DNA from: Eledone cirrhosa
Taxonomy: Eukaryota
Assembly: GCA_964016885.1 (NCBI GenBank)
Contig: OZ024743.1
Coordinates: forward strand, 55,366,001-55,430,000
DNA length: 64,000 nucleotides
Direction of reading: 5' to 3'
Shown: piece after piece, positions 24,720-38,043 of the stretch
Position numbering within the stretch: the stretch's first letter is position 1
How the letters are laid out: the number at the start of each line of letters is the position of its first letter
Made by a program: the position numbers and the translations under genes
The notes under the pieces: generated by a model
Told to the model about the DNA's origin: nothing
Database searches by the model: none
Seen by the model: only the letters and a program-made list of their open reading frames with translations

Positions 24720-24870
24720 AGGCGTAGGTATGGGTGTGTTGTTTTTATGACCATATAGTTTCGGGTTGAGCCCCACTGCGTGGTACCTTGGGCAAGTGTT
24801 GTACTAAAGCCTCGAGTTGCTCAATGCCTTGTGAGTAAGATTTGTTAGGTGGAAACTGTAGAAGCTCAGG
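24720..24870 (+). mobile_element. tRNA-derived SINE, family B (5' part)
   Basis: GGGTTGAGCCCCACTGCGTGGTACCTTGGGCAAGTG head/core followed by (TA)(TG)n. Related copies at about 43400-43500 (+) and 27590-27770 (-). A probable 3' part lies at about 25800-25960. Confidence 0.6.
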
Positions 24871-25443
24871 GTATATACATATATATATATATACGTGTGT
24901 GTGTGTGTGTGTGTGTGTGTATGTTTATTTAGGTTTGTTGGTTCACCCATGGATAGAACTGGTCATTCCGTATGGTCAACCTCGATGTAATATTATGTAG
25001 AGCACTCGACGTAATGCAACTCACCCGTCTTCGTTAGTGTAGTTGGTGGTGCGAATACGGAGTTAATTATTATAAAATAACAGGACTTGAGGGACGAGGT
25101 AGAAGCTGCTAAATAGTCGGTCGTCCTCTTGTCTCTGATTTTCAGCCCCATGGATTTTATCTGTTATATTCCTTTGTTATATTATAAATACCTCAGGATG
25201 TCACCGGATTCATACTGAACCCGGTCATTGAAATGATCATAGTATAATAAACCTTTCAAGGAGTTACACCAGTCCAGCCTCCTGTTATTTTATTATATAT
25301 ATATATATATATATATATTCATTCTCCCGAATGAAACAGTTCTAGTCCTGTAGAAGCCATTTCTATATTAAATATTTACACTCTGCTATGTATTGAGTAT
25401 CTTCATTACTGTGGTTACCCCCGATTGGACCCTGGATAAACTT

Positions 25444-25529
<86 letters not shown>

Positions 25530-25638
25530 TAAAATAACAGATTAAAGTTTAAGCAAAGAATCGGTGCTTTCACCCTTACGGGATCTTCTGAAACTAACAA
25601 AGTCAATCTGTAAACGCAGAACTGAATTTTATTATTAT

Positions 25639-25725
<87 letters not shown>

Positions 25726-26904
25726 TGTGTAAGTGCGTGAGTGTGTCTGTGTGCATGTGTGTATCTGTGTATGTGTCTGTGTGTTTGTGTCTATGCCTGT
25801 TTTTTTTTACCCGAAATTTAGCCGTTAGACAAAAGAGAGATCAACATATATTATAAGCCAGATTTGAAAAACAAAAAAGTACTGGGATCGATATGACCTA
25901 CTAAATCAATGTGCCGCCCCAGTATTGCCGAAGTCTTATTCCTGAAACCTTTGAAAGTAAAAAAGAAAAAAATAATAATATTTATATTTCCCTTCCGTTT
26001 ATGGACGGACAGTTCATGAAATTATATGTGCAGCTTTTTACAGTGTTCTTTACACTATACTCCTATATCTACTTCGTTTCCTCGCTTCTGTTTATATATA
26101 TGTATGTGTGTGTGTGTGTTATATTTTGATTTTTATTATTTTTAACTTTATCTTTTGCACTTCTCATTCCTTTCAATCAACAAACAGCCCTCACTGATTT
26201 TGATATTAAAACATGCTTTTAACTTGAGTCAACACGAGTGCACATAATGAGGACTTTTATTACGCCTATTCGAGCATTCATAGAGTAAATTCCTGAGCGT
26301 TTGTGTAGTCTTTGCTTTTCAATATTGTGCACTCATATGAACCGACTTTCTCACAATATGTTTTCTCTTAGATTCACACATTCTTGAGCATTACAGTTCT
26401 CTATTAGAGGATAGGATCATTCAAGCCTCCATCTCTTCTCATTATCCGCCTAATGGTCTTTCTTTTCTGTTGAATTAGTGCTAAGTGTACCTAAGTGTAC
26501 ATTCATTATACCTTTTTTAACGAAACCTGCTCTCACTTCTCTCACACACACTTTATCGTTTATATGGCTATAGTTGTTTCGGAAAAGCTGTTACATTGCG
26601 AATTTGAAAAAATAAGAAGGACAAAAAAAGAACATCGAGAGTAACTTTAGAGTATAGTATAGTAAGAAAAACAAAACAAAGCAAAAATTTACAATTTTAC
26701 CTCATATTCTGTTATTTCGAGGTTAGGACATCCCCCCTCCCCGCCGCCGCCTAAAAAAAAAGACAGGAGTGTGTTTATGGCGTCAGCCCTAATCTACAAC
26801 TAGTAGTATAGTTTATATGAAGCATTGTGAGATACGTGCTTATGATTGTTTTGGGTACAGTGCAAAATAGAATTACAGGAGTGAGGAACAGACTTTTGCA
26901 TGGG

Positions 26905-27240
26905 GTGTCTAATTTGCATTAACTCTGAGATGAGAGAGTCACTCCAGGTAGAGCTACTACTTCTCTGAATTGAGAGGTAACAACTCCGATATTATGGCAT
27001 GTGGTTAGAATGTCTCAGGAAAGAATCACTGGACAGATTTTACAGGTAAAACCAACCGGTAGAAGACCCAGGGGTAGATCCCCAGCAAGATGGTTGGATA
27101 ACATCCATGAATTTGGCTGGTCTCGCTTGGGGATCCAGCCGGACCAATTGGAGACGGTTGCTTCTGACAGGACCCGCTAGAAGGAGTGTTTGAGGTCTCT
27201 GCCCCATGACCCTCACAGGAAAAGTGGGCAAAGAAAAGAA
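26905..27240 (+). mobile_element. RTE-clade LINE 3' fragment
   Basis: Homologous to 32440-32883 and 28440-28670 (YYGHV.RMSQERI...KPTGRRPRGR), with a degenerate GAA-rich tail. Confidence 0.75.
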
Positions 27241-28356
27241 AAGAGAGAAAAAGAAGAAAGAGGAGAAGACGTCTTATTTGCATTGTATCGGCTTTTCTAA
27301 AACAATCATAACTCTCAAGTTCCTTTCTAAAAGCTTTTTAGTAATTAAAATCAGCCGGTTTCACAATCATTTTCTACCTTTTTATAATATATATTTCTCC
27401 ATAAACAGTTTCAGCTTTAACACATCTTTCTCTAGTCTCTTTATAACATTTCCTTCGCTCACGTCTACCACTACTCTCATTTAGTTGAGTATTCCATAGA
27501 CACACGAACTCTTAACGAATCAGTTTGACACAGTATGTCACCATGTAGGACCTTTGAATTGCTGCTACAATCAATCCAACCAGCTTTGATACAGTTTCCA
27601 CCTACTTAACTTCCCTCACAAGTCTTAGGTCAACCCAAAGCTATGGTAACGTCACATAATTTCCCCTCATACGTCTCACGATAACACAAGGCAATATGTC
27701 GCACAGTTAGATCGAACCTGGAATCTCATGATTAGGAATCGAAATTCTTAACCATTCAGTCCATAATTGCAACCATTTGAAACACTAACGATTGGTGGCA
27801 CAAACCATTTGTGCCGGCATGAATTAATCCTTTGAAACGTCAATAACTTGAAATATTAATACAACATAAGCATGTCATAAACCGCTTAGGATTATGGTGT
27901 TTGTGGTGTTGGTGGTAGTGGTGGTGGTGCTAGTGGTGTAGGAGATACATGTATTAATGTTTCAGTAGGGAAATATTCGGGAATATATATACTGAAGGGT
28001 CACGATATGGAATTTCAAAATTGAGCAGGGTAGAAGTGTAGGCTGAGAAGTTAGTAGAAGGAGAAGTGGGAAGAAGAGTGAGGAAGATGTGGGAGTAGGA
28101 GGAGAAATGTTGAGTCAGACTGTAGTACATTATACTTGTGATTTAGTACGATATTTGTTTTCCATTTTCGCATGTTACTCTTCGTGAACCCTTTAGCCAC
28201 TAGTGATAATTCACACATCTCTACTGACGCAAGGATCAGTGCATTCTTTTAAATGATACACGCTGTTTTTTAGGCAATCCATTAAGTCTTCTAAAATTGC
28301 CTTCTTTACCTGTAACTGGTTTTAAAAGCCATATGAACAATTATTGCAATACAATT

Positions 28357-28670
28357 TCTTCTTCTTCTTCTTCTTCTTCTTCTTCTTCTTCTTCTTCTTC
28401 TTCTTCTTCTTCTTCTTCTTCTTCTTCTTCTTCTTCTTCCTGAGTGGGTGGTGGAGGCATACTCCTCAAACACTCTTTCCAGTGGGCCCTGTCAGAACAA
28501 ACTGTCTCCAACGGATTCGGCTGGATCCCCAAGCGACACCAGCCAAGCTCATGGATGTTATCCAACCATCTTACTCGGGCTCTACCCCTGGGTCTCTTGC
28601 CGGTTGGTTTTGCCCTTAGAATCTGTCCAGCGATTCTTTCCTGAGGCATATTAATCATATGCCCATATGC
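28357..28670 (-). mobile_element. RTE-clade LINE 3' end with (GAA)n tail
   Basis: MPQERIAGQILRAKPTGKRPRGRARVRWLD..., followed by (GAA)n (the TTC run at 28357-28439 on +). Confidence 0.85.
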
Positions 28671-28727
28671 TCATAGAACTTAATAATTATATTCTATGTT
28701 AGCATGTTGTAGAACCTGCAGTAATAT

Positions 28728-28760
<33 letters not shown>

Positions 28761-30775
28761 AAGAAGAAGAAGAAGAAGAAGAAAAAAATACAAATGAGAG
28801 GGTCTTAATAGAGATCGATAAGAGTATGAGAAGGGCGAAGGTTAGTAAATATAGATATATAGATATATAGATTTAGAGTAAGAGTGTGTAAGAGAGAAAG
28901 AGGAGGATGGAGCTTTAATAGGATGTGAAGGTGCTGAAGAGGAGCGTAGATAAGATGTATGATAAAACTGAGGACGTATAGTTGTCTTTATTGTGTTTCA
29001 TCCTTTCGTTGTCGATAAAATAAAGTACCAGTTAAGTACTGGGATATTCGACTTCACCCCTCCTTCAAAATCACTGATTGTGTGCCAAATGTAGAAATAA
29101 TTATTGTTGTTATTTGTCTTTTGAGTTCAAATCCCTCCCTCCATGGTCTACTTTACATTTACCTTCCGGGGTCGATAAAATAAATTACCAATCAATTGAT
29201 ATTCCCTTTTCTCTAAATTGCTAACCTTGTGCCTAAATAAGAAATCGTTATTGTTTAACACTAAATCGATATTGCTGAACCATCTCTATGATGACAAACT
29301 TTTTAGCCGTCCCCACTGTCTTTCGAATATATTGCTTTGGGACAACATTATACGTAGTGTATTTTTTTTCCTAAAAGGCGGTTGATTGTAATTTAAGAGA
29401 AATTTAACTGCTGTTTATAACAGATTGAGCAATTAGGCAATAGCTCCCTCATTTAGAAATGTAGTGAATGGATGGAGTTAAGTGTAGTTGCATAGGTAGG
29501 GTAATGTTAGGGTGTGTATTGAAAGGCCATACGTTAGATTCCCTCAGTTCATTCAGCTGGCAAAAATGAGCTATACCAGCAATTCAAAAGGCCAGCCTTT
29601 TCACACACTGTGTCCTGTTACACACCGAATCTTCCTGTTTATTTCATGACTTAATCAAACAACTGGAACAGACATCGTCCGAATCGACTGAGGTTAGTAG
29701 ATGTATGTGGGATAGGGTAAATGAAGATTTGTAGGCGAGGGTAAGTGAAGTAGCTTTGATGGCTTATATTAGTATAAAGACAACGAATTGGCAGAGTCGT
29801 TAGAACGTTAGATAGAGTGCTTTGTGGTGTTCGTTCCGACTTTCTGTTTTCTGAGTTCAAATCCCTCCGAAGTTAACTTTGCCTTTCATCATTCCGAGGT
29901 CGATAAAAAAGCACCAGTCTAGTACTGGAGTCGATTCTTCCTCTATATTTCTTTCTAACTTCCTCTCTCTCACTATCTATCTTTCTCTTGAAGAATTCTA
30001 CTGTACTCAGGCCTGGAGGGGGATGGGCTTCACCAGGCTTAAAATGCCGGAGAAACGCCGTATGTCAATACGGCGCTTCTACGTCTCCATCAGTAATCAC
30101 AGGATCATACCATACCATATTAGTGTGTGAGTAGGGTGGGTAAAGATTTGTCTGCGGGGTAATTGGGGGTGTATAGGTGAGAGAAAGTGTAGGTAGAAAG
30201 GCAGAGAGATGGAGCATAAGTTTGAACTGATGTAAAACGTAGAAATCCTGCAACGTAGTGAAAGCCAAAGTGAACGCCATCAATATTTGCAGGAATAAAC
30301 CGTTGTAGTGGTTATTAACGCATCAGTGGATGGCAGCTCGTGCAGAAATACATGTTTTTCTCTTCAAGGCATTGTCGCTTTTATTGCATCTTAAGTAGAA
30401 AGACCATTATTATCAAGTAGACTAAAAGGACAGCAACATTTGATATGTTGACAGAAATATTGGTTGATTCGAAACATTAACGAGTCTAGAAATTTTCAGT
30501 TTAATTCATTCAAACAACATATCCCCAAAGAAGCCATCTCATTGGATAATACTCAGCGTTCACTCACTAAAACGATACCACCACTAGTATAATGCAGTAT
30601 CATGCCATTATTCTACTATTACTGTTACACGGTCTCCACTTCTTTGAAGTAACAAGCCGAGCACATATATTTAGCTTACCACGCCAATTCCGTCAATGCA
30701 TTTGACTTTCGACGTCGAATGATTCACGCTCCATCATTCCATCATGTATATATATATATATATATATATTAAAAT

Positions 30776-30879
<104 letters not shown>

Positions 30880-31267
30880 AGAAGAAGAAGAAGAAGAAGA
30901 AGAAGAAGAAGAAGAAGAAGAAGAAGAAGAAGAAGAAGAAAATGGACCTTCGTCGGTTTCGATGATTAGCAGTCTGTTCGTGAAATTAATGTGCAATTGG
31001 ATGAGCATTCCACTGACACGTGTACATCTGACTTACTTCTCACGGAGATACAGCTTGTCGCACTGTATGTCAAGGCTGGCCCTTTGAATTACAAGTACTA
31101 TTCATCCGATCGGCAGAGGTCTGCGACTACCCAGTTTCATTCACAAGGCTTGGGTCGACTCGATGTTATGGTAAATGAGTCTTGCTTAACATGACATGCA
31201 ATGGGAAAGAACCCTTGATTGCGAAGCCAACTTCTTAACAATTTATCCATGTTGTGTTCACATTATA

Positions 31268-31443
31268 TATATAACTGTTTCTACTTTTGGCACAAGGCCA
31301 GAAATTACCCAGTACATTACTGGTACTTTATTTTATCGACCCCGTAAGGATGAAAGGCAAAGTTAACCTTGGTGGGATTTGAACTCAGACCATAAAGGGC
31401 CGTAACTCTTTGCTGCAAAGCATGGCGTCCGATACTGCCAATC
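31268..31443 (-). mobile_element. tRNA-derived SINE, family A (left member of an inverted pair)
   Basis: Reverse complement of the family A sequence. Confidence 0.85.
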
Positions 31444-31451
31444 TACCGGTG

Positions 31452-31636
31452 GATTGGCAGTATCGGTAGAGGGTCGGAAGCCATGATTTGGCGCATAGAG
31501 TTACGGCCCTTTATGGTCTGAGTTCAAATCCCGCCGAGGTTAACTTTGCCTGTCATCCTTATGGAGTCGATAAGATAAAGTACCAGTAATGCACTGGGAT
31601 AATTGCTGGCCTTGTGCCAAAAGTAGAAACAATTAT
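31452..31636 (+). mobile_element. tRNA-derived SINE, family A (right member of an inverted pair)
   Basis: Colinear with 4505-4688. Confidence 0.85.
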
Positions 31637-32439
31637 ATATGCAACACACTAGAGTATTACTTATATTTCTTGTATTGAGAACACTCGTGTATTGAGAACA
31701 CTCGTGTATAAGACTTCTATGTATCTCTGCACTGAAAACAGACAAACGATAATTGTGATATCCATTATATATGAAAACATTGCTTTACATAGAAAGTAAT
31801 GTCAAGCATGATTCGACACTGATGGCTATAGTGTTTCTATTGCTAGAGTAACAATTGTGACAGTTACCCGATCTCACAGCTTTTACAATTCTCTGGTTAC
31901 ATACAGGCCGAAAAAAAAACTGTCATATATTATTATTATTATTATTATTTGTTGAATATATATTTAAAAGATATTGTATCAGTAATTGTAGATGCATTTC
32001 TAAAATATTACATATGTCTTTGTCTGTACTGTTTCCTTGATATATGTTCATGATAATCAGAGGATTTTGTCTTAAACTATGGCACTATTTTGACACATTA
32101 CTCGATGTCATTAGATATGCTATCAGACAAAATGTCCACTGCTTCTAGATTCTCGCCAATAACAAATATTGCCGTAGGAATCATGTTTTAAGTAATCAGA
32201 TATATTCTAAACAATTCTTGCCAATGTTTGGTATCCGTCATGTTTTCTTCTCAACTGATGGCTCTATGATTGATGAGATACACTAGAATAAAAAGAAAAC
32301 TAAAGATGGGCGGGTAATAAATAATGATAACATCAGCTTGATAGATATATGAGTAACTATACTCTTGATATAAATTATATTAGTTAGTTTGTATGATCAA
32401 ATTTGATGGTAATGCACACATTAATTCTAGTTTAGGTAT

Positions 32440-32995
32440 TCAGTATTCGTGCCAATCATTACCTACGGTCATGAATCTTGGGTAATGACCGAAAGAATAC
32501 GATCGCGAATACAAGCGGCCGAAATGGGGTTTCTTTGAAGGGTCTTTGGGGTAATGTTATTTGATAGAGTGCGTAGCTCGGCGATCAGAAATTTACTCCA
32601 TGTAGAATCGCTACTTCTCCTAATTGAGAGATCACAATTTCGATATTACGGACATGTGGTGAGAATTTCTCAAAAAAGAATCGCTGACAGATCTTATGTG
32701 CAAAAACAAATGGCAGGAGACCTAGAGGTAGAACCCGAGCAAGATAGTTCGATAAGATCCATGAGCTTGGCTGGTCTCACCTGGGGATTCGGGCGGATCA
32801 TTTGGAGACAGTTGCTTCTGACATGACCCACTGGAATGAGTGTTTGAGGACTCTGTCTCCGCGATCCTCCCATGAATAAGTGGAAGAAGAAGAAGAAGAA
32901 GAAGAAGAAGAAGAAGAAGAAGAAGAAGAAGAAGAAGAAGAAGAAGAAGAAGAAGAAGAAGAAGAAGAAGAAGAAGAAGAAGAAGAAGAAGAAGA
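32440..32995 (+). mobile_element. RTE-clade LINE 3' end with long (GAA)n tail
   Basis: Translates VPIITYGHESWVMTERIRSRIQAAEMGFL...IERSQFRYYGHVVR; (GAA)n at 32883-32995. Confidence 0.88.
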
Positions 32996-33264
32996 ATAGC
33001 AAATTGATTAGATCAACCCCAGGACTTAACCTGTTACCTTATTTTACTGAATCCGGGAGGATGAAAAGTACAATTGTCCTTGACGGGATTTGAACTCAGA
33101 ATGTAAAGAGCCGGATTAAATACCACATTGACGTTTTATCCGAGGTCCTAGCAATTTTCTTAATTCAGCACGCATATATATCAAAAATTATTTACATGAT
33201 TTGTACAGAGGAATATGAAAACGTCTATAGAGTTTAAAGCCCACAGGCTAGTAACATTTGTTCA

Positions 33265-33620
33265 TATGTCAATCTTCTTGCCGTATGACATGTACACAAT
33301 AGAGAGGCATGTCGCGACCTGCGATCCAGACCAAGGTGTCATTTGCAACATTAGGGATTGCCTTCAGGCTAGCAGAAAAATGTCTGAGGGGGCAATCCCA
33401 AACAACATGCAGTACGGTCTGGTCAGGAACCCCACAATCACATGCTGGGCTGGCTTTCATTTTCCATCGATGGAGATGAGGAGCTGTCCGGGCATGTGTT
33501 ATGCGGATACAATTAAGTGACACCCATTGTTTTCTGGGAAGGTCAAAGCCGGCTGGTTTAGATGTGGGGCCATGGACGAGATCATGGTTGGTACATCCCA
33601 TGATCTTTGGCACCTTCCCT
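33265..33620 (-). mobile_element. I-group (Ingi/Vingi-like) LINE C-terminal fragment
   Basis: GFDLPRKQWVSLNCIRITHAR...LHRWKMKASPACDCGVPDQTVLHVVWDCP, a CCHC zinc-finger C-terminus. Confidence 0.65.
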
Positions 33621-34702
33621 TCAGAACAACGTTATTGTCCTGACGGTTCTTCATTGATTACCATATGTCAATGAAATACTGCCTGTTAATTTAATCCGTT
33701 CATTAAATCAGTTCATCTAATATTCAACAAAACTTAGAATTTTCATACCATGATTGTTGATATTCTATGAAATATATTTTGAATACGAAAATATTACTAT
33801 AGCTCCAACGGACTTCCTTACATTGGGGTTATACATGCTTGGTACTGTAACTCCTGGTGGAATCGTAACGACACCATAGTAGCATACGACGTTTCTAGGG
33901 CATTTCATACATGAGGAAGCCCATCCATTTCCATGTCTGAACAGAACACATTTCTTCCAGAGAATGATATAAAATTAGACAGATGAAATGTGAAAGAGAT
34001 ATAGAATAAGAATGGACACCAGTACTAGACGGGTACATTTTTGTCGAGCTCGAAAGGATGAAAGAGGAAGTTAACCTCGATAGGATTAGAAGCCAGAACG
34101 AATACCATCAAGCATTCTATCCGACGTTCTAACGACTCTGCCAATTCGTCGCGCTATTGTGGCTATAATTGATATCTATTATACGTATTATTTGTGTGTG
34201 TGTGTGTGCGTGTGTGCGCGCGCGTGTGTGTGTGCGTGAGCCTACGTAGGTGCAGCCTAGCCAAATGGTGCCGGCTTCAATCTCATTGCGTTGAATCTTA
34301 GGATGTGCCATTCACCATGGTCTTGAGTCGACCCAGATTTGTGAGTGAGATTGGATGGACCAAAATTGCACCTGTAATTCAAAGGGACAATCATGTCACA
34401 CACTGTGTCGTACTGGATCTCCCTGAGAGCTATGTTAAGAGTACATGTGTCTGTGGAATGCTTGACCTCGAGCAGGCTGTTCTGGTGATTACATAACTTA
34501 AACACTCATTTTCAAAACCGACGGAGTTCTATTCTCTCTTTGTCTGCCTCTCTGTGTATTTGTGAATGTGTGTATATATATATATATATATATAACATTA
34601 TAAATGTAAGCTGTCGCCGTATTTTGACTGAAGAATTAAAGAAAATTATTTAGCCTGATAGTGGGGTTAAGAACCCTCGGAGAAATGGAAAATGATGAGT
34701 AT

Positions 34703-34773
34703 TGACGTAGATGGGAGTCGAACCCACATCTTTGGTTATCCAGACCACTGTGCTACCATTACACCAACACATC
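34703..34773 (-). pseudogene. tRNA-like cloverleaf (anticodon GGA, no long variable arm); tRNA pseudogene or repeat head
   Basis: GATGTGTTGGTGTAATGGTAGCACAGTGGTCTGGATAACCAAAGATGTGGGTTCGACTCCCATCTACGTCA has A and B boxes, D, anticodon and T stems, and an imperfect acceptor stem. Confidence 0.6.
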
Positions 34774-34831
34774 ACCCGTCTTCTTCCATTCATATTAGAA
34801 GCTATAATCTTAGCAACCTCAGGCTAGGGAA

Positions 34832-34902
<71 letters not shown>

Positions 34903-34906
34903 CACG

Positions 34907-34988
<82 letters not shown>

Positions 34989-35293
34989 CATATGTGTGTG
35001 TATGTATCCATGTATATGTATATATATATATATGTGTGTGTGTGTGTATTTCTGTGTGTCTGTATGTGTGAGTGTGTGCATGTGTGTACGTTCACGCCTG
35101 TATGTGATGGTAAACACATATATGTATATATTGTATGTTCGTTTATAATGTCATTGTCAAGTATCACGTAATACGGGAGCAGTGAGTTAACACCGTTTAG
35201 AGCGAGCTTGCAATCTGTTAAGATGTCAGAATGTATTGTTTGTGTTTCTGGCTATAATAATACATACTGTGTTTCACTGTGTTAGGAATGTAT

Positions 35294-35330
<37 letters not shown>

Positions 35331-35374
35331 TTTTAATGTATGTATGTATGTGCGTATGCAGTTACGTATGTTTT

Positions 35375-35446
<72 letters not shown>

Positions 35447-35449
<3 letters not shown>

Positions 35450-35629
35450 CGAAGGAGGTATGGTAAGGAACCAGATGGACCATAACGCAACAGAGTACTC
35501 AATACTTAGGTTAGTAGAGTGGGTAATAGGAAAATGCAAAGCTCAAGCCATTTCGACGGTTATTTCTGGACTAGTCCAGAAATAGCCGTCGAAACGGCTT
35601 GAGCTCTGCCGTCGGGGTTAAACATTTTC

Positions 35630-35630
<1 letters not shown>
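35447..35630. mobile_element. Penelope-like pLTR remnant with fold-back, in (TA)n
   Basis: Palindrome at about 35540-35605 centred on CTGGACTAGTCCAG. Same family as 48800-48945, which has GAAAC-GGC..GCC-GTC. Confidence 0.6.
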
Positions 35631-35712
<82 letters not shown>

Positions 35713-35714
35713 AA

Positions 35715-35840
<126 letters not shown>

Positions 35841-36133
35841 AATATATATATGTATGTATATATATATAAATTACACAATAATCAAAGCTATGTTCAAATC
35901 ATTTTATTGCTGACAATCGTTTCTTCCAAACTACCGTTTGTATTTATCGGAGCACTAGCAATGTTTGTACATATAATTAACCTCCTATTCAACTGAACAA
36001 TCATATAGATACATGGATATTAATGTTGTCAACAACAGTTTCGTATTTATAGAGTGAAATGGATGCGACATAGATTTCAAGGGAATTGTACAATAATTAA
36101 AATTAAAAATGAATATATGTATATATATATGCA

Positions 36134-36220
<87 letters not shown>

Positions 36221-36348
36221 AGAAGCAAAAAATTGCTTATTGTGATACAGTTTTTTGGTTAAGAAAGTCAGTTTCATGGATGGTTTCAACGTACGGTCAG
36301 GGGTAACTCCACAATTTTGTAAGAATTCCGTTCAATCTTGGAGTATAA

Positions 36349-36784
36349 AGTATAAAAGAGAAAACACAGGTAAGCATTAAGAAAAGGATTTTATCTAGGT
36401 ATTTACGACCGTTTCATTGGTAAGTGCAACCTTATATTGTTATACTGCAAATAGCAGCCACTCAATTATAATTGTTGTTCACACTCCAAATGTTCAAAAT
36501 AGTAAGTTACTCTTGAAATAATTCTTAATATATAGAGAAAAACATTTATTTGGAATTGCATTTACTAGTATAGAGAGAGAGGAATCAGGAGGTGAGGGGA
36601 CAGACGGAATAGTATAGAGAGAGAGGAAGGGGGAAGAGGTAGGAAGTAGAATGACAAACTATTATAATTGAGTGGCTGCTATTTGCAGTATAGCAATATA
36701 AGGTTGCACTTACCAATGAAACGGTCGTAAATACCTGGATAAAATCCTTCTCTTAATGCTTACCTGTGTTTTCTCTTTTATACT
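36349..36784. mobile_element. Inverted-repeat element (arms about 125 bp), probable PLE pLTR fold-back
   Basis: Arms 36349-36472 and 36661-36784 are near-identical in inverse orientation. They contain the hammerhead 3' half GAAAC-GGTC-GTA. The right end abuts (TA)n. Confidence 0.6.
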
Positions 36785-36989
36785 ATATATATATATATAG
36801 ATAGATAGATAGATAGATAGATATATATAGGTAAATATACACGGGTGTGTATGATTGTGTATAGAAGATTATATTAATAAGGGGAATTCCAACTTTGTCT
36901 GATTTACTCGTTTTATTTACAATCCTTTAAAATTTATAATGGTATTATAATGAAATAGTATGATAGAATATTAAATTCTAAGTGTTAAT

Positions 36990-37028
36990 TGAACAAGTAC
37001 TTTCATGCTTTCGCAATCTTCAGGTTCA
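36990..37028 (-). ncRNA. Type I hammerhead ribozyme, apparently intact
   Basis: Minus strand reads TGAAC-CTGAAGA-T-TGC(GAAA)GCA-T-GAAA-GTAC-TT-GTTCA: helix I of 5 bp, full core, GNRA-capped helix II and palindromic helix III AGTACT. Confidence 0.8.
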
Positions 37029-37474
37029 TAATATGTGGTGACAGTCAAGTTTGCAATTTTCAACTGTAATAAGATGGGTAAATTTCCTACCTTTTATACA
37101 TTTTATACAGGGAAAAGTGGCTCCAGAATGCTAAGCCCTGCAAACTGTATTTCGACCAATCAGTGTGTAGTTTCACTGAATTACTAAAGCTGATTGGTTT
37201 AAGCGTCACGGCTGGTTGAGCATGTCTAACGACCAATAATTAATCATGTCCAAAGCATCAATTGTTTTGCTATTTTTAGAAATGATGAAAATAGCATTTT
37301 CTATTAATCATCACCATCAACATCACTTTTATTATTATTATTATTGTTGTTGTTGTTGTTGTTGTTGTTGTTTGTGGTTGTAGTCATAGTGGTAGTAGAA
37401 GTAATATCCCTAAGCGTTATTATTGTTCATTTAGCTTGGGTTTGAATTTATCAATAAAATTCTTTTCTTTGATT

Positions 37475-37565
<91 letters not shown>

Positions 37566-37571
37566 TTATTT

Positions 37572-37637
<66 letters not shown>

Positions 37638-37795
37638 ATACTTTGGGAGGGTCATGTTGCCAATAAGAAACACACGCACCAGTTGCTTTCACTTCAATTT
37701 ATTATATATTTATAAATTTATAAATCTACAAATCTACAAATTTATAAATTTCTGGTTGGTTGGTTGGTTCCACAACCAGATAGTTGTTTATATAT

Positions 37796-37840
37796 AGTCA
37801 TGGTCCTTTCGTCACACACTCTGTGACCTCTTCAGTGACT
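37796..37840 (-). ncRNA. Hammerhead ribozyme in left pLTR, cleavage-site U changed to C
   Basis: AGTCA-CTGAAGA-G-GTCACA..TGTGAC-GAAA-GGAC-CA-TGACT. Confidence 0.75.
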
Positions 37841-38043
37841 GGGATTCCTTTCTTTATTTCTGTGCCTTTTCTTTCTTCTGTCCTACGCCATTTTGTTTCT
37901 GTGTGTGTGTTGTGTGCTCAGTTTGCGCATGCGCCACATCCGGGTGTCTGTGTGTGTTTGTGTTCATTTATCTATTTGTTTATTTATTTACATGTTGTTG
38001 GTTGGTTGTTTGTTCTATGTGTGTGTGTGTTTTCATTTTGTCC

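Noticed and set aside
36270-36305. Additional hammerhead on the minus strand (CTGACCGTACGTTGAAAC)
   Set aside because: The core lacks the conserved G8-A9 and no helix I pairing is evident.
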